The position numbers and the translations under genes are program-made. A stretch of DNA of 63,088 bases, filler included, from Bilabrum cf. latius (lineage: Eukaryota), in assembly GCA_965178125.1 (NCBI GenBank). It is 3 parts of 3 records of this genome, joined end to end, with 100 filler letters (N's around TTAATTAATTAA, not from the genome) between each part and the next. Parts side by side here need not be neighbours in the genome. Positions count along the whole stretch, not along the records: positions 44,499 to 63,088 come from CBCXTV010000051.1; 2 more parts are not named here. One strand, given 5' to 3'. Each line of letters starts with the position of its first letter. The stretch's first letter is position 1. Under the pieces are notes generated by a model that made no database searches, had not been told where the DNA came from, and was given only the letters and a program-made list of their open reading frames with translations. This document shows, in pieces, positions 45,772 to 56,105 of the stretch.

Positions 45772-46242
45772 TCACAAGGTCGACTTCGCCTGGCTCGTTG
45801 AGGAGTTGGCGGAGCTGCGTGCTGCGATCTCTTCTTTTTGCACCAACTGCAAGATCTTCCTGTCTAGCACGATTTGGGCGAGCTCGTCGTCTGTGAGTTT
45901 TTTGGCGTTCTTCATGGTGCGCCTTTTCTGCCGGATGGTTTTGCGGATGGCCTTCGTTTTAGCCCGCTGCTCGAGCTTGAGAGCCTTGCGCTCCTCGGTA
46001 AGGCGTGTGATCGCTGCCGTCCACTTGTCGACGAACAAGGGTGTGTCGCCAGGTTCGTCCGTCTTGGCGGTCTTCTCTAGCGCTTCCATGTGTCCGTCTT
46101 TCGGGCAGGGCTCCTCGAAGAACTGCTGCGCATGATCTGGTTTCTGTGATCCTGCCTCCGTCGCTTCGGGTGGCGCCGCTGCATCCGCATCTTTAGGGGA
46201 GTCGAGCCGCATTGCGTCCTCCGGTTCTGCGTCGCTCGCCAT
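45772..46242 (-). CDS. 156-aa acidic/basic coiled-coil protein, homolog of 32703..33104
   Basis: ITRLTEERKALKLEQRAKTKAIRKTIRQKRRTMKNAKKLTDDELAQIVLDR. Confidence 0.75.
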   Translation of the reverse strand: MASDAEPEDAMRLDSPKDADAAAPPEATEAGSQKPDHAQQFFEEPCPKDGHMEALEKTAKTDEPGDTPLFVDKWTAAITRLTEERKALKLEQRAKTKAIRKTIRQKRRTMKNAKKLTDDELAQIVLDRKILQLVQKEEIAARSSANSSTSQAKSTL

Positions 46243-47116
46243 GGGGTGTGCAGTGAGTTTGCTTCCTGAGCGGGCTGCTTTTCTGTGCGAAGCTTCTGGC
46301 AGTTGCTGTATTCCTGGGCCCAAAAAAAACTCAGCGAGAAGTGCTTTCACATGGAGGTGGTGCGGTAAGAAGTGCGCGGGTCCTTGTAGACTGAAGTGCT
46401 TCCTGCGCAGAATGGGAGAAGTTCCACTGCGGGGTCTCTCAGACGCGTCTGCATGAGGAGGTGGGGGTGCGTCATGGTTGCATGCGAGAAGGTGAGCTTC
46501 GAGGCGGCGCCTGGGAAAGCCTTTCTGGGTCGTCTGGATGCTGCGAAATTTGCGAAAAAGGGGTCCCAATTTTGGGCCCGTTTTCGGTGACAATTTCAAG
46601 CCTCCCGCATCGTGTTTTCCTCTTGTGTACCCCTTTTTGGGCTCAAAACTGGTCCCGGAAAGTGTGACCTCGAAACTGCGTCCTTCGCGGTCCTCCCTTT
46701 GGCTTCTGGGGCCTCAGGTGTTTCCCTTTTTTCTGTGGGCAGCACTCTTTTTTGCGGAAGGGCGTTCCAGATTTTTTTCTGACGATGCCGCTTTAAAAAA
46801 GGACTTCTGATGTGGTGCGTGCTGGGTCCTGTCATCTCCAGACTTCCTCCGAGGATGCACACATGAGCGGGAAGAGGACACACATTGGCAGAAGAACTTC
46901 TGGACTTGTGACTCTGAAGAGCTTTGCGACTTTGGCACTGCGTGCTGCCAGCGTTCATGCACCGAGAGCATGCGGATCTCCACGTGCTATGCGACTTCCG
47001 GAGAGAATGGGACCGATGGAACTATGTGACCCTCCAACTCCGGCGCTCGGCGGCCTTCTGCTGTTGCCTGCGGAGCTTTGTCTCCTCGCAACGCGCTGTT
47101 CCGCGGCATTTCGTCG

Positions 47117-49849
47117 TCAGGGCTCTTGCTTTACGCCGGGTGCCGGGGTCAGGCGCGCTCTCTTCGAAGGCTGTGCCTCAGTCCTGTTGGTGGAGGGCGA
47201 CCTGGAATAGGATGAGGGCGATCTGGAGCAGGATCTCGTGTCCTTGAGGCTTGCGCTCCTCGCGAGCTTCAACGAATTCCCGTGGAAGGTCCGCGGAAGG
47301 CTCACGTACTCCTCCTCGTCCACGTCATACGGCTCACTGCCCTGCTGCTGCCGCCACTGGTTGATCACAAGCTTGATGAACGTTTTGCCCCAGCTCCATT
47401 CGGAATGACTCTGTGCCTGCTCGGTGAGCCACTTGTTGTATGCGATGTTCACCGTTTTGATGCCCTGCACCGCGGTGTAGAGATGCCCCGCGTTGAAGCG
47501 GTAACCTCGGTCGTCGGCATCCTGAAGGTTGTACCGGAGCCGGGCGTCCGCATGGCCGATGTCGTCCGAGGGGATGTGCTCGAAGACCTTTTGGCACTGG
47601 CGGCTCACGAACGGGTCGACGATGCACTGCGTGCTTTCGGCGTACTCGATCATGTGCCACATGGCTTCCTCGGCAAACCATTTGGAATAGCTCAAGAGGT
47701 TATAGGTCTTGTCCTTGGCCCTTGAGTAGTTGTTCGCAATGTCCTGCAGTGCGGGCGAGTCCAGCACGGCGCGCCTCGTCTGGCACAGCGGGCCGTTCTT
47801 GAGGAGCTGCTTCCTGTTGCTCTTGTGCGGAGCGTACAGAGTTCGGATGACGTCTGGGATCACGGTGTCCGTGGCAGTCCTGCCCTTAAACATGAAGTGG
47901 TTCCAGGCCACGGTCCAGCTCATGATGGGATAGTGCACTTGCATCGGAGGTATGAGCGTGAGGAGGCCCACGGTTTTCGCCAAGGATGCTCCCCAAGTAA
48001 TCCAATCATCACTCGGGTTCTTCTCGTCGTGCCTCCTTTTGGGGATCATTTTCGGGAGGAGGAACGTTGGCGTTATGATGCGCTCCCTGAACTGCTTCGT
48101 GAGGTGCTTCATCATGCCCACCCAGACCTGTCCCAGCGGTTTGGTTGTCATGCGGATCACGACGAGGCGCGAGCTGCTGTCCCCCTTTAGGATGTCTTCC
48201 AACTCGTTCTGCAGCGCCTGCTTTGCCTCAAGGATGTAGTACTGGATGCTGTTGTCCTTCCCGCCGTTCATCCACTCCTGCTGCTCCTCTTGGCATCTCC
48301 CCTCGAGGCTATGCGCCGCCAAGTCCCTGTCGTCGCAGAGGACAAGCGCGTGGGTTGAGGGTGGCCACTCCAGCCATGAGGGCAGCTCGGCCCCCGGCAT
48401 CTCCGTGTGGAGTTTATCGATCCACTTCTGCTTGACTTGGATCCATCGAGCGGTCTGCCATTTCAAGGGAGGCAGTGTGTTCATCTTGGGCCTCTTCATG
48501 GCTACCATGTCGAGCATTCTGTCGAGGGTGGGGATGCACATCATCGGCTGCACCACGTGGATGCGGATGTCTCCGTACCTCAGGAAGTACGAATACGACC
48601 CGCCGCGTTTGTCCTGGAGGAGGTGGACGAACGTGTTGGTTTCGCCGGCGTGCTCGTGAACACCGCACAAGTCTTCGTAGGAGATGGGCACGCGCTCTGT
48701 TTTTTCCCAGACGAGGACAACCCCCCAACTCAGGGCCGCGCACACGGACATCACGACGGACAATGTGTTTAATCGCTCGCCAAGAGTCCAGTCGTCACTC
48801 GGGTCGATCATTATGTACGGTTTCATACTGTGCCCTGCATCCGCACTTCGTCGTCCCGAGCCCCCCCACTCCGTGTCCATGCTCTCGGGAGTCGATGCGA
48901 GGACCGGGCTGGCTGCCAGCACAGATGTCATGCGGAGGCAATCTTCCCACTTCCATACCGGCCCTTGGAACGTGTCGAAGATGCGGCGCCAGACGCAGCG
49001 TTCGAAGCTTCGGTTCGGGATCCGCATCTTCAGGAGCGCCTTCCTCCCCTCCGGGCTGATGAGATACCACTTTAGGCCCATGCCGACGTGGAAGGGGACC
49101 ACAAATGTGTTGTCTACCCAGTGCGCCGGATAGGTCCGCACGTCCAAGAGGCGCTCGCAGTTGTGGATGGAGGTGGAGTTTCCGCGCTGGAGGCTGACCA
49201 TTCTCGGTGCTTCTGACCCCGCTAACATGGCCATCTGCGTCACCTTGGGGTTTTTCGCGATGGCGTGAAGAACTACGAGTAGCCGATCCACGCATGCTTC
49301 GCGAGGTTCGATATCATCCTCGACAACCATGAGCCATTCCGTCGGCGTGTGGTTCTCAGCCCACAGCCATGCGTTTCGATGGGATTGGATCGCCCCAAGA
49401 GTGGCCGGATTGTATTTGATCCAGTCCGTTATCTTGCCGGAGAAGATATCCAAGAGGGCCTGGTCTTTGACGATGTCGCGTCCATCTGGGTCCCTGTCGG
49501 TCTGCGGAAACACTGGATTGGGGAGCCGAAGGACCGCTCCCATGTGCTCGTGGAGTTCTCGCGCCCCTTTTTTTTGTCGCCACTCCTCGAAGCGGGACTC
49601 TTCCCTGCAGATCAGCAGGCATGTCATCTTCCCGAGGTCCTGGCGATGGTGTCCGAATTGCGCCTGGAAGCCCGACATCTCCAGAGACGGGAAATGGCAT
49701 GCGCTGTGTGTCCAGCGGCGATCTTGCACTTCTGCTCCCGAAACTCGCGAATGCAGGATCCGGGAACATGAGCCTTGAAGGCGGCGGATTTTTGGATGGG
49801 GACACCCGCGTCCTCTCTTCGCGAGCTTCGTCCTGATCCGATGCCCCAA
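47117..49849 (-). CDS. ~850-910-aa intronless glycosyltransferase: GT25-like domain plus fucosyltransferase-like (GT-B) domain; start uncertain
   Basis: LGAIQSHRNAW..LMVVEDDI..WYLISPEGRKALL (GT25 pattern); TLGERLNTLSVVMSVCAALSWGVVLVW..YEDL (GLGNRL..lvvW-type motif). Confidence 0.7.
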   Translation of the reverse strand: MGHRIRTKLAKRGRGCPHPKIRRLQGSCSRILHSRVSGAEVQDRRWTHSACHFPSLEMSGFQAQFGHHRQDLGKMTCLLICREESRFEEWRQKKGARELHEHMGAVLRLPNPVFPQTDRDPDGRDIVKDQALLDIFSGKITDWIKYNPATLGAIQSHRNAWLWAENHTPTEWLMVVEDDIEPREACVDRLLVVLHAIAKNPKVTQMAMLAGSEAPRMVSLQRGNSTSIHNCERLLDVRTYPAHWVDNTFVVPFHVGMGLKWYLISPEGRKALLKMRIPNRSFERCVWRRIFDTFQGPVWKWEDCLRMTSVLAASPVLASTPESMDTEWGGSGRRSADAGHSMKPYIMIDPSDDWTLGERLNTLSVVMSVCAALSWGVVLVWEKTERVPISYEDLCGVHEHAGETNTFVHLLQDKRGGSYSYFLRYGDIRIHVVQPMMCIPTLDRMLDMVAMKRPKMNTLPPLKWQTARWIQVKQKWIDKLHTEMPGAELPSWLEWPPSTHALVLCDDRDLAAHSLEGRCQEEQQEWMNGGKDNSIQYYILEAKQALQNELEDILKGDSSSRLVVIRMTTKPLGQVWVGMMKHLTKQFRERIITPTFLLPKMIPKRRHDEKNPSDDWITWGASLAKTVGLLTLIPPMQVHYPIMSWTVAWNHFMFKGRTATDTVIPDVIRTLYAPHKSNRKQLLKNGPLCQTRRAVLDSPALQDIANNYSRAKDKTYNLLSYSKWFAEEAMWHMIEYAESTQCIVDPFVSRQCQKVFEHIPSDDIGHADARLRYNLQDADDRGYRFNAGHLYTAVQGIKTVNIAYNKWLTEQAQSHSEWSWGKTFIKLVINQWRQQQGSEPYDVDEEEYVSLPRTFHGNSLKLARSASLKDTRSCSRSPSSYSRSPSTNRTEAQPSKRARLTPAPGVKQEP

Positions 49850-51049
49850 TTGAGCGCTCGACAGCAGGAACGATGAGGAACCTCAGTTCTGGTTTCGCAT
49901 GTTTGCATGGCCTCTCGAAGCATGTCGTGTGCAGACCCTCCAAGCGCCTCGATGTCTGAGCATCGCTTTCTCTCCGCACGCTTCGTGCAAGGAATGCAAC
50001 TCGTGCGTACCATCGTGGAGTCCTGAGTCGTTGGCCGCGGACGCACTACGGGTCACAGAGACTCGGAAAGGGGAGCATGCCCGAATGCACATCGCGGACG
50101 GAATTTGTCCCACGCTATTGAAGGTGGTCACCGGACTCAGACTGCTGCGGTGCATGCTTCGCGCATTGAATGGAGGCGCGTAAAATCTTGCAGAATGCAC
50201 AGAGGGGGTCATCCGAGCGGGATCTTTGTGTAGCATCTAGAGCGGCAGATCGTGCGCAGGGGAGAATCCACACGCGGACTCCGAGGAGTGAGTAAGGCCG
50301 GCCCTGGAAGTCGTGCCGCGAAAGCGAATGAGCGCAACATGGCGACTGACGGACGTCGCACGCTACGTACTTGTGGTCGCCCTCGTCCGGTCGCCCATCC
50401 CGGCGAATGGTGGCGCTGCAAGATCTGCGATGCCCGTCCGTGCCCGTCCCTCCTGGACGGCTCTGCCGAGGATCAGGGACGCTCTGGTTGTTTTTCCCTG
50501 AGCACCTGCGTTTCGAAAGCGGTCTTCCGCGTTTGCTACTTCCCCTTCGAACTCCCTGCATTTTTGGCCGGAAAAGGCAACGAAGACAGGCGTGTGCTCC
50601 ATAGACTGCTCGGACGAGAAGGTGTGTGCAAGAGCCTTTCCCAATCGTCACGGGGGGTGAACTGCTGGGTCCGGAATGGATTTGACTCCTGGACTTTTGC
50701 GTGTGAAGCGTGAGGTGGGCGTGCTTCGTGGGAGGTTTCCGCATGCGGGGGGACGGGAACTTTCCTGGGTCGCTGGGCCTGGGACCGGGTAGCGGGAACT
50801 CGGGGACTTTCCCCGGGAAATGGATTCACAGAGCGTACGGTGATTTCCCGGGTCGCCCTTCTCGACCCCGAAGTGGAATTTGGCTTTCGGACCCGAATAC
50901 AAGCTTAGAAGGAACTTTTTGTCTTCCGCGCCTGCGAAGGTGTGCCACGCGGGCGGTTCTCGTTCACGCTCTTGCGCTGCAAGCAGTGAACGCGAGGCCG
51001 TCTGCGGTTTACGGCTACGTGTCATAGCGCGTCGTAGGATGTCGCGTTC

Positions 51050-52400
51050 CAAAAGAAGTCTAGCGGCTGGAGGGCGGTGAATGAAGTGCACACGTAGTGA
51101 TCGTGACGAACCGGGCGTCGACACTTGTCCTGGGCGACGCCCGAAACATCTACGCTGCGCTATTACTGCCAGTCGTGTACGCTTGGTGTCGGAGGGAAGA
51201 CCCCTACGATGTATACGGTTGCCGACGAACATAGTGATGTGATAAGCGCATTCGGAAGGGGGCGCACGAACGTGCGAGCAATAGCACGCCATTCCGCGTA
51301 TCATGGTAGCCTGATATTACATGTGCCGCACAGAATTCTCAATCATTCGCGAGAAGTGTGTGCGGGGAGTACGCTGGGGTGGACAGAAAAGAGATGTCGT
51401 CCGCAGGATGTGTGCTCCCAAGGATTTGCTCGGAAGAATGCGGACGATCGTTTGGAATGCTGCTTTGCACGCAGACTCTATTTCATAGATATGCCTCCAT
51501 TCGCTGTGACCCTCGTGCGACCGGCTTCGGACGAGTTCCGCAATCTTCGCAATCATGTGCATCCCATCTCGAGGTCTGCGGCAGCTTCTCCCGCAGAGGA
51601 GCCGCCGTGGGAGCCGCTTAGCATCCCCTCGTCGCAGGGACTTCACGGTACGGTGTTGTTTATGTCTGTCGGGGTTTTTGTGATGCTCAGGTGCGCGGCC
51701 TCTTGCTCTCTTCGTGACCGATTTCGTTGTCGCAGTGCTGTGGGTCTCCGTAACGGGAGTGTGAGGCAGTCCCGACACCTCGACGAGGTGTCATGCGTCA
51801 TAAGGATCTGCGCGTCTTTGGTCACGGCAAGAGTGGGCGAGAGTCAAACGGGCAGAAATGATCGTAGCAGCAGCGCTCACGGGCCCGCGGCTCCGCGGTT
51901 CACTCCCGCTTGGGAGGGCTGACCAGCGTGTAGTGGGTGGGTCTTCCGGAAAGCGCCTAGAGATACTCATCGCATAGCCTTCCCTGGAACGAGTCCAGCA
52001 TAGCCTTTTTTTTTTTCGGCGGTCGTGGGGAGATACAATTCTCCCGCTGCGGAAGGCTGCACACTCCCGCATCGTGAAGTCAATCACGCAACACCGTGCC
52101 GACTCATGTACCGAGACCGATGCATCTTACCGTCAGCGGCGCTGGTGGAAGCCGCGCTGCGAACAAGCTCCTCTGCACCAGTTACCCCGCCTTTCCAATT
52201 CTCGCGCACCTGAACGTGACTCCTGTGGATACGCAGTTTCTTCACCCAGGGCGGGTGCTTCGCAACGTCGTGCGTGCCCCCTCTTGCCGTCGCGGGTGCT
52301 GAGACGCCTTCATGGTCATAAGGCGCCCTGAGCAGACTGCAGCGCGACTTCCAGTGACATTCCCGGCAAGAACACACTGCAGCTCACATGCAGCGAGCGG
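51050..52400 (-). pseudogene. possible decayed pogo-like transposase relic
   Basis: weak colinear fragments: WVKKLR..GVTGAEEL; FRSGRIVS; ELVRSRSHEGH vs QERSRHEAGH; IVRILPSKS vs KRVLSSGS. Confidence 0.3.
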
Positions 52401-52667
52401 AAGGACCCAATCCCGCGCGTGGGGAGGCGCTATCGTGTTGTGTTGTGTGTCGTGTTTGTGGTTTATGTCGAGCTTTCGGCACTGCGCGGAATCGGGAATT
52501 TCGGGGGTCCCTGGGCCCGGAATCGGGGACCGGAAACTGAGGCAATTTTCGCCGCCAGATGGAGTGACGGAGAGTACCGTCGTTTTCCGGGTCACCTTTT
52601 TCGGTCTCGAAATGGGAATCGGATTTGGGACAGGAATTGAAGCGGAGAAGGGCCACTCTAGGGCCTC

Positions 52668-53179
52668 CCGGGAGCCCTCTTGGGGCCCCCAAACAGCAAA
52701 ACAAACCCCGGGGCCCGAACTGTGTCGCCGCAACTTAAATTCCTTGTGTGGATCGGCCATTTTTGGCCAAATCCTGGGGGGGTCCCCTTCCGGGCCCCCC
52801 CAAAACGCTCAAAAAAAACACCACAACGTGGCGTTTTGCGTCTTTTTAGGGCGGTTTAGGGGCTCTAAAATCCACTACAACGTGGCGTTTTGCGTCTCTT
52901 TGGGGCGATTTAGGGGCTCTAAAATCCACCACAACGTGGCGTTTTGCGTCTTTTTTGGGCGATTTAGGGGCTCTAAAATCCACCACAACGTGGCGTTTTG
53001 CGTCGTTTGGGGGCTGCCTGGGGCCCATTCTTTCCACCACAACCTCGCGTTTTGCCCTTTTTGGGGCCGGGAGCCCTCTCGGGGCCCCCAAACCGCAAAA
53101 ACAAACCGGGGCCCGAACTGTGTCGCCGCAACTTAAATTCCTTGTGCGGATCGGCCATTTTTGGCCAAATCCTGGGGGG
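52668..53179. repeat. ~54-bp tandem array (ccacaacgtggcgttttgcgtc..) bracketed by ~112-bp direct repeats (52668-52780, 53067-53179)
   Basis: directly visible; translates as KIHHNVAFCVFFGRFRGS periodicity. Confidence 0.9.
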
Positions 53180-53259
53180 CCGGCGCAAGTGAAATCCTCC
53201 TGAGGTACCACTTCAAGCCCATGCCGACGTGGAGGGGGACCACAAATGCGTTGTCTGCT

Positions 53260-53456
53260 CAGTGCGCTGGGTAGGTCCGCAGGTCAAGGAGGCGTTCGCA
53301 GTTATAGACGTAGGTGGAGTTTGCGAGCTGCCGGCCGACATGCTCATGTGGTGACCTCCGGTCACCACATGTGCATGTCGGCCGGCAGCTCGCAAACTCC
53401 ACCTACGTCTATAACTGCGAACGCCTCCTTGACCTGCGGACCTACCCAGCGCACTG
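53260..53456. repeat. near-perfect 197-bp palindrome (97-bp arms, 3-nt loop)
   Basis: cagtgcgctgggtagg..ggtgacc-tcc-ggtcacc..cctacccagcgcactg, one mismatch seen. Confidence 0.95.
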
Positions 53457-54189
53457 CACGACGGACCCACTCGGGAAGCTCCCGCGCAGGAGCCACTGCC
53501 GCCCGCGTTTGAAGAATATGCGGAGAAATACGAAGCCAAGGACACGAGCATCTCGGGCACCTTTCCCGACTCGCAGCCGGTTTCAGAGACGACCACAAAT
53601 CGGCACGAGAAGTGCGCCCGATTTCGTCCCCCGAAAAAAGACACAAATAGGACCCCGCGGAGATCCGCATCTGCTCCTCACGCGCGGAACGTGTTTCGGT
53701 ACGCAAAAAGCGGTCACATGGGAGGCCCGGAAAGCGTCCGGAAAACGGTTCAGAAATAAGTACCGTCGTTTTCCGGGTCACCTTTTTCGGTCTCGAAATG
53801 GGAATCGGATTTGGGACAGGAATTGAAGCGGAGAACGGACCCCACTGGTGTTACCTCGTGCCTCCATACGATGCTAGGATCTCCACGTTTCTCAGTTTTA
53901 GGCAGCACTCGAAGGGGAAGCTTCCGACGGCGCGCCTATGACATGCTGCCACCCATCACCGTGGTCATCTGGAGGACTCCGCACCATTCGGAAAACGGCT
54001 CGCCCGCCGTGAGTGAACCAGCGATCGCCGTGTGCATCAGTAGGACCCCCGCACCATTCGGAAAACGGCTCGCCCGCCGTAAGTGAAATGGCGTCCCGAA
54101 GGACCCGTGCTCCTTTTGAAAAACGGCTCGCCCGCCGTGTGTTCCCGAGATCCTCCAGCCACGCCACCAGTCAATGTTCTCGCTCGCCG

Positions 54190-55137
54190 TTACGTCATGG
54201 AGCCCCACGAAGTCGTGCAGATGATCAGGGCGATACCGTGAGCATCCTCCTTCTCCGTCTTCTTGCCGCCGTCGTACAGCCTGGCCGCGACACGATCTTG
54301 ATGCCAAAACTCGAGTGTGGCGCGGATCCGGAAACAGTAGCCGTCCGGGAAGTTGCCCTGCATCAACTGGTCCTCCACCGCACACTGCGTGCACGATGGC
54401 ATCGCGGAGATGAATTTCTCCGCATTCCGGAGAAGCTCCATGGCCCGGTTGATATCGTCCAAGGCCTCGTCACGCGAAGGACTCTGACGCACGGCGTTGC
54501 TGCACGAGGCGGCGTCCCCTGCAGAAGGCTCGTCGCGCGCGGGAGCACGAGCGTCGTTGTCGCCGTCAGCGGTATTCGCGCAAGCTTTTGGCACCCAACG
54601 CTTCGCTTCACCCGCAGAGGAACGGACATCATGGAGACTCCAGCCACGCGCAACCAGGCACTTCGCGCACCAGTCCTCAGGGAAGAAGTAGCGCAGGTTC
54701 TCCCTCTTCCGGCGGATCTGGGGAAATCGGTACGCCGGAAACTCGTTTTTGCAATTCTTGCACCTCACCCACCACGGCGTCGCGTTGTCGAACTTGTCGC
54801 AACACACCCGGCAAACTGGTTGGATCCAGTCCTTCCACTTCTTGAAGTACTCTGACCGGGGCTTACGGCACTGGCACGCGTTGCAAGTCCATGTCGCCTC
54901 CTCCGCCGGCTCCGGCGCGACCTGCCACGGCACGTACGGCTCCCCCCATGACGACTTCGCAGGCGTCTTCCATGAACCCCAGGTTCCGACATCCTTCCCG
55001 TCTGCCACGCCGCCACCCGCCTTCCAAGCGGCTGCGTCTGACCATACGTCGCGAGCATCCTCCTCCTCCGTCTTCTTGCCGCCGTCGTCTTCGGCGTCCT
55101 CCTTCGGCGCTGCCTTGCCGCTCTCCTCTCCGAGCAT
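54190..55137 (-). CDS. chimeric Cys-rich zinc-ribbon ORF
   Basis: CNAC..CRVC, CKNC..CAKC, CTQC; C-terminal part shared with 60043..61107. Confidence 0.45.
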   Translation of the reverse strand: MLGEESGKAAPKEDAEDDGGKKTEEEDARDVWSDAAAWKAGGGVADGKDVGTWGSWKTPAKSSWGEPYVPWQVAPEPAEEATWTCNACQCRKPRSEYFKKWKDWIQPVCRVCCDKFDNATPWWVRCKNCKNEFPAYRFPQIRRKRENLRYFFPEDWCAKCLVARGWSLHDVRSSAGEAKRWVPKACANTADGDNDARAPARDEPSAGDAASCSNAVRQSPSRDEALDDINRAMELLRNAEKFISAMPSCTQCAVEDQLMQGNFPDGYCFRIRATLEFWHQDRVAARLYDGGKKTEKEDAHGIALIICTTSWGSMT

Positions 55138-55889
55138 CCCCGTGGACGCCGCCTCCGCGCCGCCGCTCTCGATGTGGGGGCCGCCTGAACATCGACGCTT
55201 GCCGCCGCGCCGGCGTGCTCCGCCGGGGCGTCGACCTCGCGCGCCAACATGCCGCCCTCGTTTCCCATATTACCGGCGCCTTGACGCCCACGAAGATTGC
55301 GGCCGTCTCCCAAGGAAACAGCAATGCTCTCGGACGGTTTCTCCTCAGACATCATCGGCAAAGAGACTCGGAGAATGCCGTTCCCGCCTGCTTGACCCGA
55401 CTGCAGGCCTGGCACTTGAGGTTGGTGATCACGGCCGACTGCTCCCCACCCAAATACCAGATCGTACGCGAGCGCAGCCTATGAGGAATCCACTGGCCCG
55501 ACTTCCGGGGCACGACCATCGCCAAGAGCTTCGACTGCGGCGCGTCGATCTGCACCCTCGACCCGCAATCGCTGAGCGTAATGGCGTCGTCGAAGATCCA
55601 CGTGCCGCCCCAAGCATGCCGCCTGCGCTGCTGCCGGGAGCTCGGGTTCGGTACCTAAAAGCCGTACACGACATTCGGCCTGCTGCCGGCCCAAATGAAA
55701 TCCTCCGCCACGCGACAACGATGCGACCTCTCGGAGTCCGTCATGCATACGTGGAAGTGCACCAGGTTTCCGGCGTGCTTGCGGTGCAGGGAGAGCTCCA
55801 TTTTCGTCCCGCTGCCGCGCAAGGTCTGGGAAGAGCGTCCGCATGGCCGACATCATCCGGAGCAGGGCGTCCGCATGCTCGACATCATC

Positions 55890-56105
55890 CGGGGGATGTG
55901 CTCGAAGACCTTTTGGAACTCGCGGCTCACGAACGGATTGACGAGGCTCTGCGTGCTTTCCGGGGGATGTGCTCGAAGACCTTTTGGAACTCGCGGCTCA
56001 CGAACGGATTGACGATGCTCTGCGTGCTTTCCGGGGGGATGTGCTCGAAGACCTTTTGGAACTCGCGGCTCACGAACGGATTGACGACGCTCTGCGTGCT
56101 TTCCG
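55890..56105. repeat. three tandem ~72-74-bp copies of a glycosyltransferase-gene fragment
   Basis: ggggatgtgctcgaagaccttttggaactcgcggctcacgaacgg resembles 47571-47640. Confidence 0.9.

Noticed and set aside
50252-50713. Cys-rich + strand ORF, and short + strand ORFs at 56400-59200
   Set aside because: May be cargo remnants, but no recognisable family and many frame breaks
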